Below are positions 18,033-26,498 of a stretch of DNA of 64,000 nucleotides, piece by piece. The number at the start of each line of letters is the position of its first letter. Positions within the stretch are counted from its first letter, which is position 1. Both the position numbers and the translations under genes were made by a program. Source of the DNA: Microbacteriaceae bacterium (GTDB lineage: Bacteria > Actinomycetota > Actinomycetes > Actinomycetales > Microbacteriaceae); the NCBI GenBank assembly GCA_019638805.1, contig JAHBTA010000008.1, forward strand, positions 6,835 to 70,834. Reading direction: 5' to 3'. The notes beneath the pieces were generated by a model, which saw nothing but the letters and a program-made list of their open reading frames with translations, was not told the origin of the DNA and did no database searches.

Positions 18033-18989
18033 ATGCGCGCGATGATCATGCCGGGGGCCGGCGGTCCCGAAGTGCTCACCATGACCGAGGTCCCACGACC
18101 GGTGCGCGTGAACGCCGAACTGCTCATCCGGGTCGTCGCCGCGGGGGTCAACCCGATCGACGCGAAGACGCGGGCCGGTCGCGGGGCGTTCGCGGGCATC
18201 CACTCGTTCCCGGTGATCCTCGGCAACGACGTGAGCGGTGTCGTGGTCGAGGCCCCCTACGAGAACCACCCGCTGCAGCCGGGCGACGAGGTCTTCGCCA
18301 TGGGCATGGTGCCGAGGCTCGCCGGCGCCTACGCCGAGTACGTGTCGCTGCCCGAGTTGAGCGTCACCGCCAAGCCCCGGTCGCTGAGCCACGTCGAGGC
18401 GGCCGCCGTCCCGCTGGCCGCGCTCACCGCATGGGGCATGGTGCTCGACGTCGGCCGCGCGGCGGAGGGCCAGCGCGTGCTCGTGCACGCCGGCGCGGGC
18501 GGCGTCGGGCACTTCGCCGTGCAGTTCGCGGCGCTCGCGGGCGCGCACGTGGTGGCCACCGCATCCGCTCGCAACGCGGACTTCGTGCGCGAGCTGGGGG
18601 CCGCCGAGGTCATCGACTACACGACGACGCGCTTCGAGGATGCCGTGGGCGACCTCGATCTGGTCATCGACCTGCTGGGCGACATCGCCGATTTGACGGG
18701 GAGCCGCTCGCTGCGCACGCTGCGACCCGGGGGTCTGCTCGTCAACGGACCGACCGGCAGCTGGCCCACCATGGTGCAGGATGCGGCGGCGGCCGGGGTG
18801 CGCGCGACCGGCTACCGGGTGAGCCCGGACGGTCGCACCCTGGCCGAGATCGCGCGACTCATCGACGAGGGCCGGGTGCGCGTGCACGTGGACCGGGTGT
18901 TCGAGCTCGAGGATGCCGCCGAAGCGCACCGCGCGATCGAGTCCGGTCGCACGCGGGGCAAGCTCGTGCTGCGGGTCGCGGAGGACTGA
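18033..18989 (+). CDS. NADPH:quinone oxidoreductase / MDR-family dehydrogenase
   Basis: The start is ATG 18033. The protein begins MRAMIMPGAGGPEVLTMTEVPRPVRVNAELLIRVVAAGVNPID...VHAGAGGVGHFAVQFA.... The upstream 194 codons of the track ORF are antisense to the Pr6Pr gene. Confidence 0.85.
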   Translation: MRAMIMPGAGGPEVLTMTEVPRPVRVNAELLIRVVAAGVNPIDAKTRAGRGAFAGIHSFPVILGNDVSGVVVEAPYENHPLQPGDEVFAMGMVPRLAGAYAEYVSLPELSVTAKPRSLSHVEAAAVPLAALTAWGMVLDVGRAAEGQRVLVHAGAGGVGHFAVQFAALAGAHVVATASARNADFVRELGAAEVIDYTTTRFEDAVGDLDLVIDLLGDIADLTGSRSLRTLRPGGLLVNGPTGSWPTMVQDAAAAGVRATGYRVSPDGRTLAEIARLIDEGRVRVHVDRVFELEDAAEAHRAIESGRTRGKLVLRVAED

Positions 18990-19004
18990 GCGGGCGGCGC
19001 CCGC
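18990..19004. terminator. Short GC hairpin between convergent oxidoreductase and GNAT genes
   Basis: GCGGGC-GGC-GCCCGC begins immediately after the TGA at 18987-18989. Confidence 0.35.
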
Positions 19005-19005
19005 G

Positions 19006-19047
19006 TCAGTGCAGCCGCCTCAGCGCAGCCGCCTCAGAGCACCCGCT
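19006..19047. repeat. 14-bp tandem repeat copying the 3' end (with stop codon) of the GNAT gene
   Basis: The units are TCAGTGCAGCCGCC (19006-19019), TCAGCGCAGCCGCC (19020-19033) and a degenerate third unit TCAGAGCACCCGCT (19034-19047). The third unit is the true gene end. Confidence 0.85.
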
Positions 19048-19603
19048 CGCGGACGAAGTCGTCCTCGTCCACCTCGCCGAGCCGGAACTTCTTGACGCCC
19101 ACGATGCGGAATCCGTGCTTCTCGTAGAACCGGTTGGCGCGCGCGTTCTCGTCGTTGACGCCCAGCCACAGGCTCACCGCGCCGGTCTCGCGCGCGGCGG
19201 CCGCGCTGGCATCCATGAGAGCCGCGGCGGCGCCCCCGCCGTGGTGCTCGGGCAGGACGTAGACCTTGCTGAGCTCGACCGTCGGGCGCGCCGTCACCGC
19301 CGCGCGGACGTCGGCGTCGGCCGGCTCGCCCGTGATGAGCATGGTGTAGCCGACGGCCTGTGCCCCCGGCCCGACCGTCTCGGCGATCAGCACGATGTGA
19401 TCCGGTGCGGACAGGTAGCCCGCGAAGGCGTGCTCGCTGAGCCGCGTCGCGATGAAGTCGGCCTTGGCTTGCTCGGTCGTCGAGGGCGGGCAGGCCAGCG
19501 GAAAGGTGATCGCGGCGACTCGCGCCAACTCGGCGGCGTCGTCCGCGGTCGCCCGGCGCACGAGGACGGGCCCGCCCGAAGGCGAGCCCGTCCCGGTGGT
19601 CAT
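19034..19603 (-). CDS. GNAT family N-acetyltransferase
   Basis: The start is ATG 19603 (MTTGTGSPSGGPVLVRRATADDAAELARV...). The acetyl-CoA motif reads ...VYVLPEHHGGGAAAALMDA...RFYEKHGFRIVG.... Confidence 0.85.
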   Translation of the reverse strand: MTTGTGSPSGGPVLVRRATADDAAELARVAAITFPLACPPSTTEQAKADFIATRLSEHAFAGYLSAPDHIVLIAETVGPGAQAVGYTMLITGEPADADVRAAVTARPTVELSKVYVLPEHHGGGAAAALMDASAAAARETGAVSLWLGVNDENARANRFYEKHGFRIVGVKKFRLGEVDEDDFVRERVL

Positions 19604-19622
19604 GCTTGGTGGCTCGACGCGC

Positions 19623-20312
19623 TCAGAGAACGCTGACGTCGAGCGGCACACCCGGGCCGAAGGTCGTCGAGACCGAGGCCTTCTGGATGTAGCGGCCCTT
19701 CGACGAGCTCGGCTTGGCGCGGTTGATCTCCTCCAGCGCGGCGCGGAAGTTCTCGTCCAGCTGCTCGGCCGTGAAGCCGGCCTTGCCGATCACGAAGTGC
19801 ACGTTGGCGTGCTTGTCGACGCGGAACTCGATCTTGCCGCCCTTGATGTCCGAGACGGCCTTGGCCGGGTCGGGCGTCACGGTGCCGGTTTTCGGGTTCG
19901 GCATGAGGTTGCGCGGACCGAGCACCTTGCCCAGTCGCCCGACCTGGCCCATGAGCTCGGGCGTCGACACGGCCGCGTCGAAGTCGAGGTAGCCGCCGGC
20001 CACCTTCTCGATGAGCTCGGCGCCGCCGACCTCGTCGGCGCCCGCGGCGGTCGCCGCCTCGGCGGCCGGACCGGTCGCGAACACGATCACGCGGGCGGTC
20101 TTGCCCGTGCCGTGCGGCAGGAGGACGGTGCTGCGCACCATCTGGTCGGCCTTGCGCGGGTCGACCCCGAGCTTCATGGCGACCTCGACGGTCGAGTCGA
20201 ACTTCTTCGAGCCGGTCTGCTTGACCAGCGCGACCGCCTCGGAGGGCGCGTAGAACTTGCCGTCCTCGAGCAGGGCGACAGCGGCGCGGTAGGCCTTGGA
20301 CTTCTTCGCCAT
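19623..20312 (-). CDS. rplA: 50S ribosomal protein L1
   Basis: The start is ATG 20312. The protein reads [60 protein letters not shown]... and is 229 aa. The track ORF 19623..20753 is over-extended through rplK in another frame. Confidence 0.97.
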   Translation of the reverse strand: MAKKSKAYRAAVALLEDGKFYAPSEAVALVKQTGSKKFDSTVEVAMKLGVDPRKADQMVRSTVLLPHGTGKTARVIVFATGPAAEAATAAGADEVGGAELIEKVAGGYLDFDAAVSTPELMGQVGRLGKVLGPRNLMPNPKTGTVTPDPAKAVSDIKGGKIEFRVDKHANVHFVIGKAGFTAEQLDENFRAALEEINRAKPSSSKGRYIQKASVSTTFGPGVPLDVSVL

Positions 20313-20314
20313 GG

Positions 20315-20746
20315 TTACGCCTCCACCGTGATCCCCATCGACCGGGCGGTGCCGGCGATGATCTTCATGGCCGCCTCGACGTCGTTGGCGTTGAGGTCGG
20401 CCTGCTTCTGCTCCGCGATCGCGCGCACCTGGTCCTTGGTGAGCTTCGCGACCTTGACGGTGTGCGGGGTCGCGGACCCCTTCTGCACGCCGGCGGCCTT
20501 CTTGATGAGTTCGGCGGCGGGCGGGGTCTTGAGGATGAACGTGAACGAACGGTCCTCGTAGACGGTGATCTCGACGGGGATCACGTTGCCGCGCTGGTTC
20601 TCCGTGGCCGCGTTGTAGGCCTTGCAGAACTCCATGATGTTCACCCCGTGCTGACCGAGAGCCGGTCCGATCGGCGGTGCGGGGTTGGCCTGTCCGGCCT
20701 GGATCTGGAGCTTGATCAGCCCCGTCACCTTCTTCTTGGGCGCCAT
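20315..20746 (-). CDS. rplK: 50S ribosomal protein L11
   Basis: The protein reads [49 protein letters not shown].... Confidence 0.97.
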   Translation of the reverse strand: MAPKKKVTGLIKLQIQAGQANPAPPIGPALGQHGVNIMEFCKAYNAATENQRGNVIPVEITVYEDRSFTFILKTPPAAELIKKAAGVQKGSATPHTVKVAKLTKDQVRAIAEQKQADLNANDVEAAMKIIAGTARSMGITVEA

Positions 20747-20872
20747 GGGGCACTCCCTTTCTGGTCGTGCGTCATGCCCGTCTCACGGACATGCACGCGC
20801 TCCCGACATCCAGGCGAATCCTGGACGCGGTGGATGGGAACCGGACTACTTTACCCGAAATTCACCCGGGCA

Positions 20873-22468
20873 TCAGCCGAGCCGGATGCCGGCGCCCGCC
20901 CCCAGCCCACGCCCGCCTTCCGGCACCACCTGCTGCAAGACCTTGGTGACCCCGTACTCGCCGTCGGCCGGCGCCCCGATGACGGTGATCTCGATCTGGC
21001 CCTGCGCCTGATCCGGCCCGTCCGTGATGTGGTAGGTCAGGCTCGCGGCGGCCTCCTCGCCCGGCGCCAGGTGCTGCAGGGGGCCGTCGGCGTCGACGCC
21101 GGAATTCAGGGTCAGGTGCCCGGCCGCATCGATCGTGTAGGTGCCGGCGAGTTCCCCGTTCACCGACCACTCGTATGCCGCGGGGATCGCCGCGAGCGGG
21201 TTCGGCCCCGCGTCCGGGTCGGTGTCGTTGGCCAGCAATTCCGCGGTGGTCTGCAGCGGGTCGACGCCCAGGTCGAAGACCACCGCGTCGGTCCCGGCGA
21301 CCGGGGGCTGGTTGGGCTCCGGCAGCGGAACCGCGACGTCGATGACCACATCGGCCGAGACGCTCGCGCCGTGCGGGTCGGTCGCCGTGATGGTCACCGT
21401 CGTGGTGCCGGTGTCGTCCCCGGTGGGCGAGCCGGAGAGGGTCTCTCCCGAGAACGAGAGCCAGCCGGGCAGGGTGCCGGCGCTCAGCGCGAGGGTGTCG
21501 GTCGCATCCGGGTCGGCGAAGGTGCCCGCGGGGATCGGGAAGACGAACTCCTGACCGGCGATCGCCGCCTGCGGCGCGACGGCGGATGCGGTGGGCGCGT
21601 CGTTGATGCCCAATTGCGTGACCGTGATCGTGGTCGGCACCTTGTCGGAGCCGTCCCGCAGCTCGATGACGAAGACCTCGTCGCGCTTGGCGCCCTCGGC
21701 GAGGCTCACGAGAGCGGAGTTTGGCACGCTGTAGGTCCACACCACGGCGCCCGGCGCCGCACCGGAGGGCTCGGTCAGAACGCGGGTCATGGTGCCGGTG
21801 ACGCCGGAGGAGGGCAGCACCGCGGCGATGCGCGTGCCCTTCGCGTTGAAGGCCGTGAACGCGAGACTGCCCGTGTCGGTGAGCGTGGCATCCGCCGCCT
21901 GCTGGGTCACGGTGCCCGTGACGTCGACCGGGGTGACCACGATGGCGGCCGGCAGCGTGACCGTCACGCCCGCGGCCGTCGACGACGCTCCCGCCGCGTC
22001 GTAGGCGAAGACGCCGTAGGAGTACTTGGCGCCCGGCTTGAGACCCGCCGAGTCGTCGGTCGCCTCGGTCTCGAAGGGCTCGAGGTTGGCGATGACGGTG
22101 CCCTGCGCTGGCGAGGACGGGGGCGTGGAACCCGGGGTCTGCACGACGACCAGCCGGTCGAGGTCCTCATCGGCGGGCGGTGTCCAGCGCAGCACGACCG
22201 AGTGCGGCGTCGGCTTGGCCGACAGCGCGGTGACCGGGCCCGGGGCGGCGTCGACCGGGGGCGCGGGATCGGTCGTCGGGGTCGGGGTGACCTCCGGGTC
22301 GGGCGTGCCCGACGCCACGGGCTGCGGCGTGCTCACCGGCGGGGTCGTGGGATCCGCGCCGGGATCGGACGACGGAGCACCGGCGGACAGGATGGCCCAC
22401 ACCAGGACGGCGCCCACGGCAATGACGAGGAACGCCGCGAGGGCGATGATGAGCGCACGACGACCCAT
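20873..22468 (-). CDS. Membrane-anchored, adhesin-like surface protein (signal-anchor, PT-rich linker, Fn3, VCBS-like, cadherin/He_PIG-like Ig domains)
   Basis: The N-terminus MGRRALIIALAAFLVIAVGAVLVWAILSAG is a TM anchor. Recognisable segments are:
- Fn3-like: ...VTALSAKPTPHSVVLRWTPPADEDLDRLVVVQ...YSYGVFAYD...
- VCBS-like: ...VVWTYSVPNSALVSLAEGAKRDEVFVIELRDGSDKVPTTITVTQLGINDAP
- Ig-like: ...FVFPIPAGTFADPDATDTLALSAGTLPGWLSFSGETLSGSPTGDDTGTTTVTITATD...
- Cadherin-like: ...NQPPVAGTDAVV...LLANDTDPDAGPNPL... Confidence 0.8.
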   Translation of the reverse strand: MGRRALIIALAAFLVIAVGAVLVWAILSAGAPSSDPGADPTTPPVSTPQPVASGTPDPEVTPTPTTDPAPPVDAAPGPVTALSAKPTPHSVVLRWTPPADEDLDRLVVVQTPGSTPPSSPAQGTVIANLEPFETEATDDSAGLKPGAKYSYGVFAYDAAGASSTAAGVTVTLPAAIVVTPVDVTGTVTQQAADATLTDTGSLAFTAFNAKGTRIAAVLPSSGVTGTMTRVLTEPSGAAPGAVVWTYSVPNSALVSLAEGAKRDEVFVIELRDGSDKVPTTITVTQLGINDAPTASAVAPQAAIAGQEFVFPIPAGTFADPDATDTLALSAGTLPGWLSFSGETLSGSPTGDDTGTTTVTITATDPHGASVSADVVIDVAVPLPEPNQPPVAGTDAVVFDLGVDPLQTTAELLANDTDPDAGPNPLAAIPAAYEWSVNGELAGTYTIDAAGHLTLNSGVDADGPLQHLAPGEEAAASLTYHITDGPDQAQGQIEITVIGAPADGEYGVTKVLQQVVPEGGRGLGAGAGIRLG

Positions 22469-22498
22469 GGGGTCAGGGTACGGTGTGCCCGGCCGGGA

Positions 22499-23452
22499 TC
22501 AGAGCTTCGTTACCTGATCGAAGGAGAGCTCCACCGGGGTCTCGCGCTCGAAGAGCGAGACGAGCACGGTGAGCTTGCCGCTCTCCGGCTTGATCTCGCT
22601 GATCGTTCCGGGCAGGCCCGCGAACGAGCCCTCCTTGATCGTGATGGTCTCGCCGGCCTCGAAGTCGATCTCGGCCGGGATGACGCGAGCCGCGGCCTTG
22701 CCGCCCTTGCCCGCTGCGCCCGCCTTGGCGGGAGCCTCGACCACCTGCACGAGGCTCTTCAGCATGTTGAAGGCCTCCTCGAACCGCAGCGGCGTCGGGT
22801 TGTGCGAGTTGCCCACGAACCCGGTGACCCCCGGGGTGTGGCGCACGACCGACCAGCTGTCCTCGTTGAGGTCCATGCGCACGAGCACATAGCCGGGGAT
22901 GCGGACCCGGTTGACCAGCTTGCGCTGGCCGTTCTTGATCTCGACCACGTCCTCCATGGGCACCTGGACCTCGAAGACGAAGTCCTCCATGGCCATCGAC
23001 ATGCGCCGCGACTCGATGTTCTGCTTGACGCGCTTCTCGAAGCCCGCGTAGGAGTGGATGACGTACCACTTGCCCGGCTTGGCGCGCAGCTCGGCGCGGA
23101 AGTCCTCGTAGGGGTCGACGTCGTCCGCCTCGTCTTCGGCCTCGACCTCGTCGGCGTCGTCGACGGCGGCAGCGGCGGCCTCGGCCTCCTCCGCCGAATC
23201 GATGTCGAGGGCGTCGTCGACGATCGCATCCGCTTCCGGGTCCTGCGCGGCATCCAGGGCGTCGAGCATCTCGGTCAGGCCGGCCTCGACGCTTTCGGCG
23301 CTCTCGTCCACCAGGTGGATGGCGTTGTGCTCGGCCGGGCTCACCGCGGCCTGCTCGCGCTCGAGGACGTTGCCCTCCTGAGCCTCGTCCTCCTCGGAGG
23401 ACTGCTCCGCGGCGGTCGCGAGGTCGATGTCGGGACGCTCGTGTTCGCTCAT
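22499..23452 (-). CDS. nusG: Transcription termination/antitermination factor NusG with a long acidic N-terminal extension
   Basis: The NGN and KOW core reads ...[25 protein letters not shown]...[30 protein letters not shown]...[21 protein letters not shown].... I placed the start at ATG 23452 ([11 protein letters not shown]...). Confidence 0.93.
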   Translation of the reverse strand: MSEHERPDIDLATAAEQSSEEDEAQEGNVLEREQAAVSPAEHNAIHLVDESAESVEAGLTEMLDALDAAQDPEADAIVDDALDIDSAEEAEAAAAAVDDADEVEAEDEADDVDPYEDFRAELRAKPGKWYVIHSYAGFEKRVKQNIESRRMSMAMEDFVFEVQVPMEDVVEIKNGQRKLVNRVRIPGYVLVRMDLNEDSWSVVRHTPGVTGFVGNSHNPTPLRFEEAFNMLKSLVQVVEAPAKAGAAGKGGKAAARVIPAEIDFEAGETITIKEGSFAGLPGTISEIKPESGKLTVLVSLFERETPVELSFDQVTKL

Positions 23453-23536
23453 TGCTCTTTCTTCGTGGCTCGTGGCCCGTGACTCGGGGCCGTGATTCAT
23501 GACAGCTCGTGGCGGCTCGGGGTGTCGGTCACGGCG

Positions 23537-23818
23537 TCAGCCGCTGAACGACCCGTCGCCGAAGACCCAGGAGACGCCCCAGCCGAACAGGTAGTCGAGC
23601 CCGTACACGATGCCCATCATGATGATGACGAACACCAGGACGACGCCCGTGTAGCTGAAGAGTTCGCGACGGGTCGGCGTGACGACCTTCCGCAACTCGG
23701 CCATCACCTGACGGATAAACAGGGCGATGCGCGCGAACGGGCCGCGGCGCTCCGCGCGCTCCCGCTTGGCGTTCGCGACGAGGTCCTCGCTGGGCTCGTC
23801 CACGACCTTGCGTGCCAC
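23537..23818 (-). CDS. secE: Preprotein translocase subunit SecE
   Basis: The start is GTG 23818, downstream of the tRNA. The protein reads VARKVVDEPSEDLVANAKRERAERRGPFARIALFIRQVMAELRKVVTPTRRELFSYTGVVLVFVIIMMGIVYGLD.... The longer track ORF would overlap the tRNA. Confidence 0.85.
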   Translation of the reverse strand: MARKVVDEPSEDLVANAKRERAERRGPFARIALFIRQVMAELRKVVTPTRRELFSYTGVVLVFVIIMMGIVYGLDYLFGWGVSWVFGDGSFSG

Positions 23819-23871
23819 CTGCTCACCACCATTCCGGCTGAAGGATCCCCCCGGCGGGCGCCGGAGGTCTC

Positions 23872-23944
23872 GCAGGGCGGACAGGACTCGAACCTGCAAC
23901 CTGCGGTTTTGGAGACCGCTGCTCTACCAATTGAGCCACCGCCC
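23872..23944 (-). tRNA. tRNA-Trp: tRNA-Trp (anticodon CCA)
   Basis: I folded it by hand:
- acceptor stem AGGGCGG/CCGCCCT
- D stem GCTC/GAGC
- anticodon stem GCGGT/ACCGC with loop CTCCAAA
- T stem GCAGG/CCTGT with loop TTCGAGT
- discriminator G
CCA is not encoded. It sits in the classical position upstream of secE. Confidence 0.93.
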
Positions 23945-24314
23945 TAGGCGCCGAACCGCCTTCGCGTCCGATCCGCCCGTTTCCGGGCATGACGAAGCTT
24001 GGCGTTTCCGGCCACCTCGTCCAGTGTAGGGCATCGCGCGCGAGCCCCCCGGTGTCCCCCCGCAGCGCTCTTGGTTCGGGTGTCCCTGCCCCCCGAACTA
24101 GTCACAACATTTCCCGGATTGGGGCGTCATAGACAGGGCGTTCCACGGTCTCCTTCTATAAGGCAGGACCCAACCATCCCGCCGATCACAACCGAATACG
24201 GGCGTCAGAAGCTGAGATCAGGCAGCACCACCGCCCCACCGCCGGCACCACCGGCCCTGGGTTCACCGCCGAACCGCAGCTTCCTCGTCCGACCAGGATC
24301 AGGAAGGCACCGTC

Positions 24315-26417
24315 GTGTTCACTCATCGGCACCCGCGCACGACCGCACGGGAACCCCTCACGCGCCGCATCGCCGCGGCGTTCACCGCTCTCATCGCGGG
24401 CAGCGCACTCGCGCTCGCCGGTGCGGGCCCCGCCACCGCCGCCACCACCGACACCGGACCGGTGTCCTGGGCGGAGGGGCGCATCCTGTCGGGATCGGTT
24501 CTCGGCACCAGCCTGGACAACGTGGCATCGCTGCGGCCGGCCACGGCATCCAACAACGGGTCCCAGCCCACCCAGACCTCGAAGGACCCGCTGCACGCGA
24601 CCGCGCTTCAGACGGTGCACGTGCCGGTCGGGAACATCCAGGCCGATCTGGGAGGCGTCGTGCAGCTCGGTGCCGCCGGCCAGTTCGCCCAGGCGGCGGC
24701 CGACGGCGAGTCCTACGCGGCATCCGGGGCCGTCATGGACGACGGCGGCGTCGGGATCGGGCAGGACAAGTCGGTTCCGGGCACCACGGCGACCATCGAC
24801 CTCGACGAGCTGCTGGGCGACCGGTTCGCCGCGACGCTGCTCGACCTCAAGCTGGCGATCGGCGCGGTCGGCGCAGAGGCCCACGCGGTCGGCGACAACG
24901 CGACCGGCGACTACACGCTCGCGGGCATGCAGCTGCGGATCTCCAGTCCGGCGATCTCGAAGCTCACCGACAAGGTGAACGCGGCGCTCGACGGCGTGAC
25001 GAACGATCTCGCGCTCCTGGGCGGAGGCGACGGCCTGCTGGCGGTCGACCTGAACCGCATCCTGCAGGGCATCGACCCGTCGCTCAATCTGCTGGGCTCG
25101 CACGCCAACGTGACCGCGAAGATCGACGTGGGGAACCTGCGCCAGCTCGTGCGCGACCTGCTGCAGGCCAAGTACGGCGAGGACGGCGTGAGCGTCGACC
25201 TGGATGCGGGGGTCGTCATCGTCGACCTGGACGCGCTGGCCGGCGGCGGGCTCAACAACGCGGCTCCTGGCACCGAGGTGCTCAGCCCGGCGTTCCTGAA
25301 CCCGGTGCTCGACTCGATCACCGAGAAGGTGGCGCACATCGCCGACCAGGTGGTCGACCGGGTGCGCGCGGCCCTGCACGACGCGACCATCGAGGTGCAC
25401 GCGAACCTCGACCTGGACGTCGCCCAGGCACCCCTCGTGCAGAAGGTGTGCAAGACCGTCCAGGAGGTCATCAAGGTGCCCACCGAGGTCATCCAGCACG
25501 TGACCATTCAGGTGCCCGTGGTGGATGGCGTGGTCGCCCAGGTGGTGAACGGCGTCCCCGTGGTGAACGGCGTCCCCGTCGTCGGCGGGCTGGTCGGCGG
25601 GACTCTCGGCGGGATCCTCGGCGGCACGACCCACACGGTGACCTGGATCACCCAGACCGTCACCAAGACCGTCACGCAGCTGGTCGACAAGACCGTGGAC
25701 AAGGTGGTGTGCAGCAACAAGACCACCGCGCTGCCCGCCCTGAAGACCAGCGTCGACATCGACCTGGTGGGCACGGTCGACGAGTTCATCAAGGGCATCG
25801 GGGTCGACGGGTCCGCGAAGATCCAGCTGCTCGGTCTCGTCAACACCCAGCTCAAGCTGAGTGCGGCGACCGGCGCGATCGGTGACACGCTACTCGGCAC
25901 CCTGTTCGAGAGCGACGGCACGATCCAGAAGCTCATCGACACACTCGACCTGACCTTGGTCGACCCGGCGATCGACGGGCTGCTGGACGGCGACGACGCC
26001 CTCGGCCTGCTCTCCGGTCTGCTGTCGATCCGCATCAACAACCAGGAGCTCAACAACGGTGTGTTCACCGAGACCGCGGTGCGGGTGTCCGTGCTCAGCG
26101 GCCTCGGCGGGGGCGGGGGCGGGCTGCTGCCCGGCGTCGCCCGCTCGGCGAACGCGCTCGCGGTGATCAACCTGGCGCAGGCCTCGGTCGGTCCGAACGT
26201 GATCGCGGTCGAGCCCCCGGATGAGGACTGCATGTTCGACTGCGAGGTCGGCGGCGTGACCATCATCCCCGCGGGGCCCCTCGGCGGCCTGCTGGCCTTC
26301 ACCGGCGGGATGCTCGCGTTCTGGCTGCTCCTCCTCGTTCTCGCCCTCCTGGCAGCGGGTGCCGTGATGGTGCGAGAAGGCTACCGGCGTCGTCACCTGA
26401 CGACTCCCATCGAATGA
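24315..26417 (+). CDS. Cell-wall-anchored surface protein, resembles the choice-of-anchor G family; C-terminal LAFTG sorting signal
   Basis: GTG 24315 has AGGAAGG 7 nt upstream. The signal peptide reads ...ALALAGAGPATAATTD. The N-terminal region TGPVSWAEGRILSGSVLGTSLDNVASL... fits the family. The C-terminus has LAFTG (26292-26306), a hydrophobic helix and the tail REGYRRRH. Confidence 0.75.
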   Translation: MFTHRHPRTTAREPLTRRIAAAFTALIAGSALALAGAGPATAATTDTGPVSWAEGRILSGSVLGTSLDNVASLRPATASNNGSQPTQTSKDPLHATALQTVHVPVGNIQADLGGVVQLGAAGQFAQAAADGESYAASGAVMDDGGVGIGQDKSVPGTTATIDLDELLGDRFAATLLDLKLAIGAVGAEAHAVGDNATGDYTLAGMQLRISSPAISKLTDKVNAALDGVTNDLALLGGGDGLLAVDLNRILQGIDPSLNLLGSHANVTAKIDVGNLRQLVRDLLQAKYGEDGVSVDLDAGVVIVDLDALAGGGLNNAAPGTEVLSPAFLNPVLDSITEKVAHIADQVVDRVRAALHDATIEVHANLDLDVAQAPLVQKVCKTVQEVIKVPTEVIQHVTIQVPVVDGVVAQVVNGVPVVNGVPVVGGLVGGTLGGILGGTTHTVTWITQTVTKTVTQLVDKTVDKVVCSNKTTALPALKTSVDIDLVGTVDEFIKGIGVDGSAKIQLLGLVNTQLKLSAATGAIGDTLLGTLFESDGTIQKLIDTLDLTLVDPAIDGLLDGDDALGLLSGLLSIRINNQELNNGVFTETAVRVSVLSGLGGGGGGLLPGVARSANALAVINLAQASVGPNVIAVEPPDEDCMFDCEVGGVTIIPAGPLGGLLAFTGGMLAFWLLLLVLALLAAGAVMVREGYRRRHLTTPIE

Positions 26418-26498
26418 TCCGGTAGCCCCCCAGAGGCCGGGACCGTCGAGCCCCTCAGCAACGACGGTCCCGGCCCTTCTCATGGCTACGCTGGTGCC

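Noticed and set aside
20747-20872. Possible L1/L11 autoregulatory leader or promoter upstream of rplK (small stem CCAGG-ATTCG-CCTGG, TAAAGT box)
   Set aside because: The signals are weak and I cannot match them to a known leader structure from memory. It is not reported as a feature.
20462-23482. 1006-aa + strand ORF
   Set aside because: It runs antisense through rplK, the adhesin gene and nusG, all of which have unmistakable products on the minus strand.
23945-24314. Small ORFs or an ncRNA in the 370-bp gap between tRNA-Trp and the LAFTG protein gene
   Set aside because: The only ATG-initiated frame (from 23990) lacks an SD and has mixed third-position composition. I recognised no convincing structure.
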